DNA of 64,000 nucleotides from Solirubrobacterales bacterium. GTDB lineage: Bacteria; Actinomycetota; Thermoleophilia; Solirubrobacterales; JACPNS01. A program made the position numbers and the translations under genes. The stretch lies in contig JBASWU010000101.1 in assembly GCA_049276635.1 (NCBI GenBank), positions 6,414 to 70,413 of the forward strand, written 5' to 3'. Below, piece after piece: positions 9,819-19,194 of the stretch (position 1 is its first letter; every line of letters starts with the position of its first letter). The notes beneath the pieces are model-generated. The model saw only the letters and a program-made list of their open reading frames with translations, was not told the DNA's origin and did no database searches.

Positions 9819-10655
9819 TCACGGACGCTTGGGGAACTTGGAGAAGTCGGGCTCCCGCTTTTGAACGTAGGCGTCACGACCTTCTTGGGCCTCTTCGCTC
9901 ATGTAGAAAAGTAGTGTCGCGTCGCCGGCGAGTTGCTGCACGCCGGCCATGCCATCGGTCGCGGCGTTAAACGACGCCTTGAGCATCCGCAGGGCCAGCG
10001 GTGACATCGCGAGCATCTCCTTGCACCACTTGACCGTCTCCTCCTCTAGCTGTCCGAGCGGGACGACGGTGTTGACCAATCCCATCTCGAGCGCCTCTCG
10101 GGCGTCGTACTGGCGACAGAGGAACCAGATCTCCTTGGCCTTTTTCTGCCCGACGATCGACCCGAGGTAGCCGGCGCCGAACCCGCCGTCAAAGGACCCG
10201 ACCTTCGGGCCGGTCTGACCGAACCGGGCGTTGTCGGCGGCGATCGTCAGGTCACAAACGATGTGCAACACGTGACCGCCGCCGATCGCGTAGCCGGCGA
10301 CCTGCGCGACGACCGGTTTGGGCAGCCGCCGAATCTGAATCTGGAGGTCGAGCACGTTGAGTCGTCCGACGCCCTGTTCGGCGACCTTGTCATCGCCGAT
10401 ATAACCGTCGTCGCCGCGAATGCGCTGGTCGCCTCCGGAGCAGAATGCATCAGGGCCCTCGCCGGTCAGCACGATCACGCCGACCGTGGTGTCGTCGCGG
10501 GCCCGGTCGAAGGCGTCGGAAAGCTCGAAAAGGGTCTGCGGGCGGAAGGCGTTGCGTACCTCGGGGCGGTTGATCGTGATGCGCGCGATCCCCTCGTGCA
10601 ACTCGTATTTAATGTCGCCGTAGCGGTCGCCGGCGTTGACCCATTCAATTGCCAT
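9819..10655 (-). CDS. menB: 1,4-dihydroxy-2-naphthoyl-CoA synthase
   Basis: Crotonase fold with typical MenB sequence ([29 protein letters not shown]). Confidence 0.95.
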   Translation of the reverse strand: MAIEWVNAGDRYGDIKYELHEGIARITINRPEVRNAFRPQTLFELSDAFDRARDDTTVGVIVLTGEGPDAFCSGGDQRIRGDDGYIGDDKVAEQGVGRLNVLDLQIQIRRLPKPVVAQVAGYAIGGGHVLHIVCDLTIAADNARFGQTGPKVGSFDGGFGAGYLGSIVGQKKAKEIWFLCRQYDAREALEMGLVNTVVPLGQLEEETVKWCKEMLAMSPLALRMLKASFNAATDGMAGVQQLAGDATLLFYMSEEAQEGRDAYVQKREPDFSKFPKRP

Positions 10656-10766
10656 GCCACTCCTTATCGATCACGGCCCGCACAGGTAAAGAGGCGGACT
10701 CGAGGCCGCCGGGATACTAGATCAACGGCGTGTCGCGCGGCGTGTTGGTGCGATAGCCTCGCCCGC

Positions 10767-11765
10767 ATGATTTACGACAACGACGCAGATCTCACCAAGC
10801 TTGACGGAAAGACCGTTGCGATCCTCGGATTCGGATCGCAGGGGCACGCGCACGCGCTCAGCCTCAAGGACTCCGGCGTAGACGTCGTCGTCGGGCTGCG
10901 CCCCGACTCGTCTTCAGTCGCCAAGGCCGAGGCCGCGGGACTGAAAGTCGCCGATGTCGCCGAGGCCGCGAGTCTCGGCGACCTCGTCATGATCCTGCTG
11001 CCCGACGAACTTCAGGCCGACCTCTGGGAACAGCAGATCAAAGACGCCGTCTCGCCCGGCGACATGCTGCTCTTCGCCCACGGGTTCGCGATTCACTTCG
11101 ACCAGATCAAGCCCGGCGAGAGCGTCGACGTGGCGATGGTCGCCCCGAAGGGTCCCGGCCACCTCGTGCGCTCGCAGTATGAGCAGGGCGCGGGCGTGCC
11201 CGGCCTCGTCGCTATCCATCAGGACGCCACCGGTCATGCTCGCGAGCTGGCGCTCGCCTACGCCAAGGGCATCGGCTGCACGCGTGGCGGAGTGATCGAA
11301 ACGACGTTCAAGGACGAGGCCGAGACCGACCTTTTCGGCGAGCAGGCGGTTCTTTGCGGCGGGGCGACAGAGCTGGTTCGCGCGGGATTCGAGACCCTCG
11401 TCGAGGCCGGTTACGACCCCCGCCTGGCGTACTTTGAGTGCCTGCACGAGCTCAAATTGATCGTCGACCTGATGTACGAGAAGGGCATCGCCGGAATGCG
11501 TTACTCGATCTCCAACACCGCCGAGTACGGCGACGTCACCCGCGGCAAGCGCGTAATCGGTCCCGAATCGCGCAAGGCGATGAAGGAAATCCTCGCCGAG
11601 ATCCAGTCCGGCGACTTCGCCCGTGAGTTCATCGCCGAGAGCAAGGCCGGCAACGAAAACTTCGACCGCATGCGTGCCGAGGGCAAGGCGCATCAGGTCG
11701 AGACCGTCGGCGCCGAACTGCGCGCCGGCATGGACTGGATCAACACCGAGTTCGACAACGGATAG
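10767..11765 (+). CDS. ilvC: Ketol-acid reductoisomerase (class I)
   Basis: [40 protein letters not shown]... The long upstream ORF extension (from 10263) is antisense to menB. Confidence 0.95.
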   Translation: MIYDNDADLTKLDGKTVAILGFGSQGHAHALSLKDSGVDVVVGLRPDSSSVAKAEAAGLKVADVAEAASLGDLVMILLPDELQADLWEQQIKDAVSPGDMLLFAHGFAIHFDQIKPGESVDVAMVAPKGPGHLVRSQYEQGAGVPGLVAIHQDATGHARELALAYAKGIGCTRGGVIETTFKDEAETDLFGEQAVLCGGATELVRAGFETLVEAGYDPRLAYFECLHELKLIVDLMYEKGIAGMRYSISNTAEYGDVTRGKRVIGPESRKAMKEILAEIQSGDFAREFIAESKAGNENFDRMRAEGKAHQVETVGAELRAGMDWINTEFDNG

Positions 11766-11814
11766 GCGCTTCGGCGCCGCACTCCCCTGGCAGTCGGGGC
11801 GCACCAGAGCAGAA

Positions 11815-12558
11815 ATGACAGGGTCACCGCCGCAGTATCCACCGCAGGGTCCGCCCGAGCCGACGCCCGGGACGTCGCCCGACCCATCACGTCGGCCGGC
11901 GGAGAGTCCGGCCGATCCCGCCGCGGCGGGCCAGCCACCGCACCCAGACCAGCCGGTTGCCGGTCAGCCTCCCCAGTTATACGCGAGCCAGCAGGCCCCT
12001 GCCGGTCAACCCCAGCAGCCCGGCCGGCCGGCCGCCTGGGGCGCACCCCAGCAGCCGGCCATGCCGCAGGCGCAGTACGGCTATCCGCAGCAGCCCGGTG
12101 GGTACGCCCCGCCTGCTCCGCCGCAGCCGTATCCGTACCCGTATCCCGGTCCACCGAGTCCGTACTACCAGCCGCCGCCGGTCGGTCACACTTACCCCGG
12201 GGGCGTCTTCTACGGCCAGCCGCCCGCGCCCAAGAACGACGCGGCCATCGCCAGCTTGATCGCCGCGATCAGCTCGATCGGCGGGCTCGTGCTGACGGTC
12301 GGGCTCTTGGCGCCCCTGAGTCTGATCGCTTCGATCGTGGCGATCATCCTTGGCGTTAAGGGCAAGAAGGCCGTCGACGAAGGCCGTACCACGAAAGATC
12401 GCGACGTCGCGATCGGCGGCATCTGGACCGGCGTCGCCGGCATCGTGCTGTCGGTGGTCGCGATCGCCGGCTGGGTCGTTTTCATCGTCTGGATCTCCGG
12501 CGATGCGGCGAGCGATCCCGGCGATCTCGCCGGTCTGCTCGCGCCGTCGGCGCGATAG
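11815..12558 (+). CDS. Pro/Gln-rich membrane protein with a DUF4190-like C-terminal double-TM domain
   Basis: N-terminal PQ-rich low complexity (PPQYPPQGPPEP...), then NDAAIASLIAAISSIGG...GIWTGVAGIVLSVVAIAGWVVFIVW. Confidence 0.6.
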   Translation: MTGSPPQYPPQGPPEPTPGTSPDPSRRPAESPADPAAAGQPPHPDQPVAGQPPQLYASQQAPAGQPQQPGRPAAWGAPQQPAMPQAQYGYPQQPGGYAPPAPPQPYPYPYPGPPSPYYQPPPVGHTYPGGVFYGQPPAPKNDAAIASLIAAISSIGGLVLTVGLLAPLSLIASIVAIILGVKGKKAVDEGRTTKDRDVAIGGIWTGVAGIVLSVVAIAGWVVFIVWISGDAASDPGDLAGLLAPSAR

Positions 12559-12616
12559 CCCGCACGCCTCAGCGGCCGCCCGGCGCCGGCGGCGCGCGCC
12601 GCTATCCTCGGTCCCA

Positions 12617-13798
12617 GTGACCGTCTCGCCCTACATCAAGCCGTATCTGATGACCGCCGGCCCGACGCCCGTGCCGCCGCGAGTGTCGCAGGTGATGGCC
12701 GAGCCGATTCTTTATCATCGCGCCCCGGCCTTCGTGCCGGTCTACGCGCGTGTTCTGGATCGGCTCAAAACCGTCTTCGACACTGAAAACGACGTGCTCT
12801 GCTTCGCGTCCTCGGGGTCCGGCGCAATGGATTCGGCGATGGCCAATCTCGTGCGTCCCGGCGACAAGATCGTCGTAACCTCGGCCGGCAAGTTCGGCGA
12901 ACGCTGGAAGGAACTGGCCGAGGCCTACGAGGCCGATGTCGCCTACCTCGACGTCGTATGGGGCGAGCAGATCGACCCGGCCGCCGTCGATCAGATCCTC
13001 ACCGACAACCCCGGCGCGGGCGTCGTCTTCACCACGCTGTCCGAGACTTCCACCGGCGTCGTCCACGACATCCGCGCGATCGCCGAAATAGCGCACAGAC
13101 ACGACGCTCTGATCGTCGCCGACGCGGTCTCCGGGCTTGGCGCCACCGAACTGCACCAGGACGAGTGGGGGATCGACGTCGTCGTCTCCGGCTCGCAGAA
13201 GGCCCTGATGACGCCGCCGGGCATGGGTTTCGCGTCGGTCTCTCAACGCGCCCTCGACAGGGCCGCCGAGCGTCCCGCCGGTCGCTACTTCTTCGACTGG
13301 AACAAGACGGCGAAGGGCCAGCGCAAGGATCCGCCGGACTCGCCGTTCACCCCGCCGGTCAATCTCTTCATGGGTCTCGACGTCGCGCTCGACATGATCA
13401 TGACCGAGACGATGCCGGCTGTACTCGAGCGCCACCGCCTGCTCGGGCAGGCCACGCGCGCGGCGGCCAAAGCTCACGGGCTGGAAATCTTCGGCCTCGA
13501 CGCCGACGCGGCCAGTGTCGTCACCGCGATCAAGACGCCCGAGGGCGTCGACGGCGCCGCGATCCCCAAGCTGATGCGCGACAAGTACGGCATCACGATC
13601 GCCGGCGGCCAGTCACAGCTCAAGGGCAAGATCGTGCGCATCGCGCACTGCGGATACTTCGGGCCGTTCGACATAATCACGTCGGTCGCGGGCCTCGAAC
13701 TGGCGATCCACGAGCTCGGCGCATCGGTGGAGCTCGGCGCCGGAGTGGCGGCCGCTCAGCGAGTCTTCGCCAGCGCCGGCGTCGCGGTCGGCGCCTAA
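12617..13798 (+). CDS. Class V (AGXT/SPT-type) aminotransferase; probably the phosphoserine aminotransferase partner of serA
   Basis: MTAGPTPVPPRV...ILYHRAPAF...SGSQKALMTPPGMGF (PLP lysine region). Ends 5 nt before serA. Start is GTG 12617 or ATG 12650. Confidence 0.8.
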   Translation: MTVSPYIKPYLMTAGPTPVPPRVSQVMAEPILYHRAPAFVPVYARVLDRLKTVFDTENDVLCFASSGSGAMDSAMANLVRPGDKIVVTSAGKFGERWKELAEAYEADVAYLDVVWGEQIDPAAVDQILTDNPGAGVVFTTLSETSTGVVHDIRAIAEIAHRHDALIVADAVSGLGATELHQDEWGIDVVVSGSQKALMTPPGMGFASVSQRALDRAAERPAGRYFFDWNKTAKGQRKDPPDSPFTPPVNLFMGLDVALDMIMTETMPAVLERHRLLGQATRAAAKAHGLEIFGLDADAASVVTAIKTPEGVDGAAIPKLMRDKYGITIAGGQSQLKGKIVRIAHCGYFGPFDIITSVAGLELAIHELGASVELGAGVAAAQRVFASAGVAVGA

Positions 13799-13802
13799 CC
13801 AC

Positions 13803-15401
13803 ATGCCAGAAGCCAAATTGAAGGTGCTCGTCAAGGAGAAGATCGCCGACGCCGGCGTCGAATTGCTGCGCCGCAACTACGACGTCGAGATCGGCGTCGA
13901 CTGGTCGGCCGACGAGCTGAACTCGCGAATCGGCGAGTTCGATGCGTTGCTCGTGCGCTCGGCCACCCAGGTCGACGCGCAGCTGATCGAAAAGGCCGCG
14001 AATTTGAAGGTGATCGGCCGTGCGGGTGTCGGTGTCGACAACATCGACGTGCCGGCCGCAACGCAGCGCGGGATCATCGTCGCCAACGCCCCCGAGTCGA
14101 ACATCGTCACCGCCGCCGAGCACACGATGGCGCTGCTGATGGCCGTCGCGCGTAACGTGCCGCAGGCCCACAGCGCGCTGACCAAGGGGGAGTGGGCGCG
14201 GTCCAAGTACGGCGGAGTCGAGGTTTACGAGAAGACTCTGGGCATTCTCGGCTTCGGCCGGATCGGGCAGCTCGTCGCCGCTCGCGCGCGCAGCTTCGGC
14301 ATGGACATCGTCGGCTACGACCCGTTCGTCAGCGCCGAGCGCTTCCGCGAGCTGGGGGTCGAGAAGGCGGAGATGCCGGAGGACCTTTACGCTCAGGCGG
14401 ACTTCATCACCATCCACCTGCCCAACACGCCCGAGACGAAGGGTTTTCTCAACGCCGGCGCGTTCAAGATGATGAAGCCGACGGCGCGCGTCTTGAACGT
14501 GGCGCGCGGCGGGCTGATTGATTACGATGCCCTACTCGAAGCGCTTGAGCAGGGCACGATCGCCGGCGCCGCGCTTGATGTGTTCCCGAACGAGCCGATG
14601 ACCGAGTCGCCGTTGTTTGCGCTTGACAACGTGGTGGTTACGCCGCACCTCGGCGCATCGACGACCGAGGCCCAGGACCGCGCGGGTGTGCAGACGGCCG
14701 AACAGATCGACTCCGCGCTGAGCGGTGGCTTCGTCAGCAACGCCGTCAACATCCCCAATGTCGGCGCCGAGGACATGGCGACGCTTGAGCCGTTCATTCC
14801 GCTGGCCGGTCGTCTCGGCACTTTGGCCGTGGCGCTGGCCGAACATGGCTCGATCGACCACATCGAGATTTCCTACGAAGGACACTTGGCGAGCTTCGAC
14901 ACCCGGCTGCTGACCGTCGCCGTTCTGAAGGGTGCGCTCGAAGGTCACACCGAAGAGGCCGTGAACCTCGTCAACGCCCCGGCGCTTGCCGAGGCGCGCG
15001 GCATCTCGGTCAGCGAGACCAGCAGCACGACGGCTGAAGACTTCACCGAGCTGATCAAGGTGGCGATCAAAGCCAACGGTGAGCGCATCGAGGTCGGGGG
15101 GACCGGTCTCGGCCCAAAAAATCTCCCGCGCCTCGTTCTCGTCTACGGCCAGAACTTCAACCTCGAGTTCGCCGACCACATCGCCTTCTTCCGCTACGCC
15201 GATATGCCGGGCATGCTCGGCAAGGTCGGAACGATCTTTGGTGAAGCCGGGGTGAACATCGACAACGCCGTCATCGGCGCCGGCGGTGAGTCGGCCGATG
15301 CGGTTCTCGCGATCACCTCCCACGACACGATCCCGGGCGACCTGGTTGAAAAGATCCTTCAACTTGACGGGTTTAGCGACGGGCATGTCGTCAGCTTTTG
15401 A
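13803..15401 (+). CDS. serA: D-3-phosphoglycerate dehydrogenase (long form with ASB and ACT domains)
   Basis: GRAGVGVDNID, GILGFGRIGQ, ARGG..D..AL, and a C-terminal ACT region. 532 aa. Confidence 0.95.
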   Translation: MPEAKLKVLVKEKIADAGVELLRRNYDVEIGVDWSADELNSRIGEFDALLVRSATQVDAQLIEKAANLKVIGRAGVGVDNIDVPAATQRGIIVANAPESNIVTAAEHTMALLMAVARNVPQAHSALTKGEWARSKYGGVEVYEKTLGILGFGRIGQLVAARARSFGMDIVGYDPFVSAERFRELGVEKAEMPEDLYAQADFITIHLPNTPETKGFLNAGAFKMMKPTARVLNVARGGLIDYDALLEALEQGTIAGAALDVFPNEPMTESPLFALDNVVVTPHLGASTTEAQDRAGVQTAEQIDSALSGGFVSNAVNIPNVGAEDMATLEPFIPLAGRLGTLAVALAEHGSIDHIEISYEGHLASFDTRLLTVAVLKGALEGHTEEAVNLVNAPALAEARGISVSETSSTTAEDFTELIKVAIKANGERIEVGGTGLGPKNLPRLVLVYGQNFNLEFADHIAFFRYADMPGMLGKVGTIFGEAGVNIDNAVIGAGGESADAVLAITSHDTIPGDLVEKILQLDGFSDGHVVSF

Positions 15402-15423
15402 CCGGGCACGCAGTCTTACGTAG

Positions 15424-15441
15424 CCCGCCGCGGCGGGGTTT
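15424..15441 (+). terminator. Possible weak intrinsic terminator after serA
   Basis: CCCGCCG/CGGCGGG perfect palindromic stem (15424-15437) followed by GTTT. The T-tract is short. Confidence 0.35.
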
Positions 15442-15524
15442 GCGCGAGCAACTCGAGAAGAAGCGTTTCGATGGTCGGCCTTGGGCCGGCACGTCGGCTA
15501 TCGCTCCGTGTTAAATTGTTCTAC

Positions 15525-15578
15525 GTGGTGATTTTCCGCAACCTCCACCTTCTTCTCCTTCCCCCCTTGGGGAAATAG
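15525..15578 (+). promoter_or_regulatory. Candidate leucine leader peptide (attenuator mini-ORF) of leuA
   Basis: gtg gtg att ttc cgc aac ctc cac ctt ctt ctc ctt ccc ccc ttg ggg aaa tag translates to (M)VIFRNLHLLLLPPLGK*, with 6 Leu in 17 codons and 4 of them consecutive (CUU CUU CUC CUU). It ends 76 nt before the leuA ATG. A GCGGCC/GGCCGC hairpin follows at 15587-15603. No convincing SD precedes the mini-ORF. Confidence 0.45.
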
Positions 15579-15654
15579 TCACGCGCGCGGCCGCGAGGGC
15601 CGCCACACACCACGCCGAATAAGTAACGACTCAGGAGAAAAAAGGAGAGGTTCG

Positions 15655-17280
15655 ATGAGCGACCCAGAGCGCACATCCGACGTACAGGCAGGCGAACCGG
15701 GTAAGCCCGAGGATCGCGTAAAGATTTTCGACACGACGCTGCGCGACGGTGAGCAGTCGCCCGGCATCTCGCTCAACTCGGCCGAAAAGCTGGAGATCGC
15801 CCAGCAGCTGGCTCGCCTCGGCATCGACATCATCGAAGCGGGGTTCCCGATCACATCGCCCGGCGACTTCGAGGCGGTCCAGACGATCGCCCGCAGCGTC
15901 GAGGGCCCGGTGATCTGCGCGCTCGCGCGTTCAGGCTTTCAGGACATCGACGCCGCCTGGAACGCGATCAAAGACAGTGAACGCCCGCGAATCCATACCT
16001 TTCTCGCGACCAGCGATCTGCACATCGAACAAAAGCTGCGAACCTCGCGCGCCGACGTGCTCGGCCAGGTCAAGGCGGCCGTAGCGCACGCCAAGCGGTA
16101 CACAGACGACGTTGAGTACTCGCCCGAGGACGGCAGCCGTTCGGACATCGACTTCATGGCCGAGGTCATCCAGGTCGCGATCGACGAGGGCGCGACGACG
16201 ATCAACGTGCCCGACACGACCGGTTACGCGATCCCCAATGAGTACGCCGACATGTTCACGGCGCTCTACGAGCGGGTTCCCGGTCTGCGCGACGTCACCG
16301 TCTCCGTGCACTGCCATCAAGACCTCGGGCTGGCGGTCGCCAACTCCTTTGCCGGCGTGATGGCCGGCGCGCGTCAGGTCGAGTGTGCGGTCAACGGAAT
16401 CGGCGAGCGCGCCGGCAATACCTCTCTGGAGGAGTTCGTGATGCTCCTGCACACCCGCCGCCCGGCGGTCGGGGTCTGGACCGGCGTGAACACCCGCGAG
16501 ATCGCTCGCACCAGCCGCCTGGTCAGCCGCCTGACCGGTTACCCGATTCAACCGAACAAGGCGATCGTCGGCCGCAACGCGTTTGCGCACGAGGCCGGCA
16601 TTCACCAGGACGGCGTGCTCAAGGATCGCCGCACCTACGAGATCATGGACGCGCAGACCGTCGGCGTCGTCAGCAACGCGCTGGTTCTGGGCAAGCACTC
16701 CGGGCGTCATGCGTTGAAGAACGCGTTCGAGGAGCTCGGGTACGAGGTCGATGGGCAGATCCTCAACGCGGCGTTCAAGCGCTTCAAGGAGATCGCCGAT
16801 CGCAAAAAGGAGGTCACCGCGATGGACCTCGAGGCGATCGTCTCCGACGAGATTCGCGACGACACGAAGGCCTTTACATTCGACTGGTTCGATCTGCACA
16901 CCAGCAGCGAGGGCGAACCGCGGGCGCGGGTCAAGGTGACCAAACCCGACGGGGAGCAGGTCGAGGCTTCGGGCACGGGCGACGGTTCGATTGACGCGGT
17001 GTTTGCGGCGATCAACAACGCGACCGGGATCACCGCAAAGCTCGCCGAGTACCGCGTCGACGCGGTCAGCAGCGGGCAGGACGCGATCGGCGAGGTCAGC
17101 GTCGTGATCGAGGTCGACGGCCGGATCGCCGCCGGCCAGGGTGTCTCGACCGACACGGTCTGGGCCAGCGGGCGCGCGTACGCTCGCGCGCTGACCAACG
17201 CCGAGCGGCGCCGCACGGTCGTCGACGAGGCCGAGGGCGCCGCCGCTCGCGCCGCGGCATCGAACCCCGTCGTCCCGTAG
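15655..17280 (+). CDS. leuA: 2-isopropylmalate synthase
   Basis: KIFDTTLRDGEQSPGISL..., HCHQDLGLAVANS, and a C-terminal LeuA dimerisation/regulatory domain. Tandem SD-like motifs aggaga/aaggagagg lie upstream. Confidence 0.95.
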   Translation: MSDPERTSDVQAGEPGKPEDRVKIFDTTLRDGEQSPGISLNSAEKLEIAQQLARLGIDIIEAGFPITSPGDFEAVQTIARSVEGPVICALARSGFQDIDAAWNAIKDSERPRIHTFLATSDLHIEQKLRTSRADVLGQVKAAVAHAKRYTDDVEYSPEDGSRSDIDFMAEVIQVAIDEGATTINVPDTTGYAIPNEYADMFTALYERVPGLRDVTVSVHCHQDLGLAVANSFAGVMAGARQVECAVNGIGERAGNTSLEEFVMLLHTRRPAVGVWTGVNTREIARTSRLVSRLTGYPIQPNKAIVGRNAFAHEAGIHQDGVLKDRRTYEIMDAQTVGVVSNALVLGKHSGRHALKNAFEELGYEVDGQILNAAFKRFKEIADRKKEVTAMDLEAIVSDEIRDDTKAFTFDWFDLHTSSEGEPRARVKVTKPDGEQVEASGTGDGSIDAVFAAINNATGITAKLAEYRVDAVSSGQDAIGEVSVVIEVDGRIAAGQGVSTDTVWASGRAYARALTNAERRRTVVDEAEGAAARAAASNPVVP

Positions 17281-17290
17281 GCTGCCCCGG

Positions 17291-18349
17291 GTGAACGCGC
17301 CGGACCCGATCGACGCCCATCGCGAGGATTTCGTCTGGAAGGACGGCGAACGCCTGATCGCCTTCGGGCCGTCGGCGCTCGCCAGCCTGCCGGCGTTCCT
17401 GCGCGCGGCGGATATGGAGCGGTTCGTGGTCGTGACCACAGACCGCGCCGCCGGCCAGGCCGGTGATGTGGTCGCGCTGGCCGATGACACGTTCCTTGCT
17501 GGAGAGGGCCGTGTCGACGAGGTCGCGGCCGAGCTCCTGGGGCAGATCGGCGATCGCCCGGTGGTCGCCGTCGGCGGCGGCCGTGTCATCGACGCGGCCA
17601 AGGCGATCGGCGGCGCCGGCGGCCGGCCGGTCGCGGCGATTCCGACAACTCTCTCCGGCGCGCCGATGACCCCGTTTCACCGGCCCCCGGCCGGCTTTGA
17701 CGGACCGGCGCGTCACGTCCGCCCGCGCATCGTGATCGGCGTTCCCGACCTGATGGCGTCCCAGCCGCCCGATCTCCGCACGGCCAGCGCGATGAATGCG
17801 TTGTCTCACGCGATCGAATCCATCTTCGTGACGACCGGCAGCCCGGTGCCGCGGCGGGTCGCGCAGGGGGCGATCGAACTGCTCTTCGCCGGGCTCGAAG
17901 GTCGCGGGATCAGCGACCCCGACGCGCCCGGCGCCGAAGCGATCCGTCGCGCAAAACTGTCGCTCGGAGCGATCGAGGCCGGATACGCCATTGGATCCAC
18001 CGGCTACGCGATCCACCACGTGCTCTGTCAGACGATCGTGCGAGTGGCCGGGGTGCCGCACGCGCCGACCTACGGGGTGATGCTGCCGTTCACACTGGAG
18101 TTTTTGAAGATCCGCGACGCGATCGCCTGGGATATCGTCGCCGAGGCGATGGAAACCGGCGCGCCATCGACTGCGATCGCCCGCGTCAACGCCGAGGCCG
18201 GTCTCCCGACCAGACTCTCGGACCTCGGCGTCGCGCCGGAACGGCTCGACGCGATCGTCGCGGCGGCAGAGTCGCGATCAGAGCTGAACCTGACTCCCGG
18301 TGGCGCAACGATTGACGACGTCCGCTCGCTGATAGACGCCGCTTTCTAG
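17291..18349 (+). CDS. Iron-containing alcohol dehydrogenase family protein (maleylacetate-reductase-like)
   Basis: VVAVGGGRVIDAAKAIGG...AAIPTTLSGAPMT, matching the Fe-ADH glycine-rich and TTLSG motifs. GTG start 10 nt after leuA. Confidence 0.75.
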   Translation: MNAPDPIDAHREDFVWKDGERLIAFGPSALASLPAFLRAADMERFVVVTTDRAAGQAGDVVALADDTFLAGEGRVDEVAAELLGQIGDRPVVAVGGGRVIDAAKAIGGAGGRPVAAIPTTLSGAPMTPFHRPPAGFDGPARHVRPRIVIGVPDLMASQPPDLRTASAMNALSHAIESIFVTTGSPVPRRVAQGAIELLFAGLEGRGISDPDAPGAEAIRRAKLSLGAIEAGYAIGSTGYAIHHVLCQTIVRVAGVPHAPTYGVMLPFTLEFLKIRDAIAWDIVAEAMETGAPSTAIARVNAEAGLPTRLSDLGVAPERLDAIVAAAESRSELNLTPGGATIDDVRSLIDAAF

Positions 18350-18498
18350 CCCGGCTCGGCCCGGCCGGCGCCGAGGTCCGCGCAACCGCTCGCCGGGGAA
18401 AGATCGCCTCGCCTTTAAAGCTCAACCTCGGTCGCCGCGAGATCACCGCGCCGTGCCACGATACGCCGCCAAACTGTATGTGATAACGTACATCCGTA

Positions 18499-19158
18499 AT
18501 GTCAGCAAGACCGACACTCGTAGCGATTGCATCTGACCGGTCCGCCGGCCTCTCCGGTCAAGGCCAGGGCCGAGCTCACCAGGGGGTGGACCCGGCAGTC
18601 GTCGGTCAACGCGTACGCGCGCTACGCGACGCCTTGCGGCTCTCGCTTCGCGATCTGGCCGAACGCTCCGGCGTCTCGGCTCCGATGCTGTCGCAGGTCG
18701 AGCGGGGGGAGACCAGTCCAACGCTGGCCGTGGCCGCCCGCATCGCCACCGGGCTTGATCTCTCGCTCTCTCAATTGCTGAGGCTCGACGAAACCCACCA
18801 CGTGGTCGTCATTAAAACCGGCCAGCGCCGCAAAGGCGACGTCCGTGCCGCCGGTCACGCCTACGAACTGCTGACCCCGCCACTGCCCGGTCAGCGCGTC
18901 GAACTGTCGGAGCACCGGCTCCAGCCGGGAGCCGCCACCGGAGGCGAAGGCGATCCCCCGATCCACGAGCCCGGAACGCGCGAAACGGTCACGCTGCAAA
19001 AAGGTCAGCTCGACCTGATCGTCGACGGGGAACGCCACAAACTCGCTGAAGGCGACACCGTCACCTTCGACGCGGATCTCCCACATCACTTCGAAAACCC
19101 CGGAAGCGGCGAAGCCGTGTTCCTCGCAGTAACCGCCGCCGGTCTTCGGCGCGGCTGA
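18499..19158 (+). CDS. XRE-family HTH transcriptional regulator with a C-terminal cupin domain
   Basis: LRLSLRDLAERSGVSAPMLSQVERGETSPTLAVAARIATGL (HTH_3), then GTRETVTLQKGQLDLIVDGERHKLAEGDTVTFDADLPHHFENPG (cupin). Confidence 0.8.
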   Translation: MSARPTLVAIASDRSAGLSGQGQGRAHQGVDPAVVGQRVRALRDALRLSLRDLAERSGVSAPMLSQVERGETSPTLAVAARIATGLDLSLSQLLRLDETHHVVVIKTGQRRKGDVRAAGHAYELLTPPLPGQRVELSEHRLQPGAATGGEGDPPIHEPGTRETVTLQKGQLDLIVDGERHKLAEGDTVTFDADLPHHFENPGSGEAVFLAVTAAGLRRG

Positions 19159-19194
19159 CCGGCTCCCAAACACACCGACTCAACGGAGGTGACC

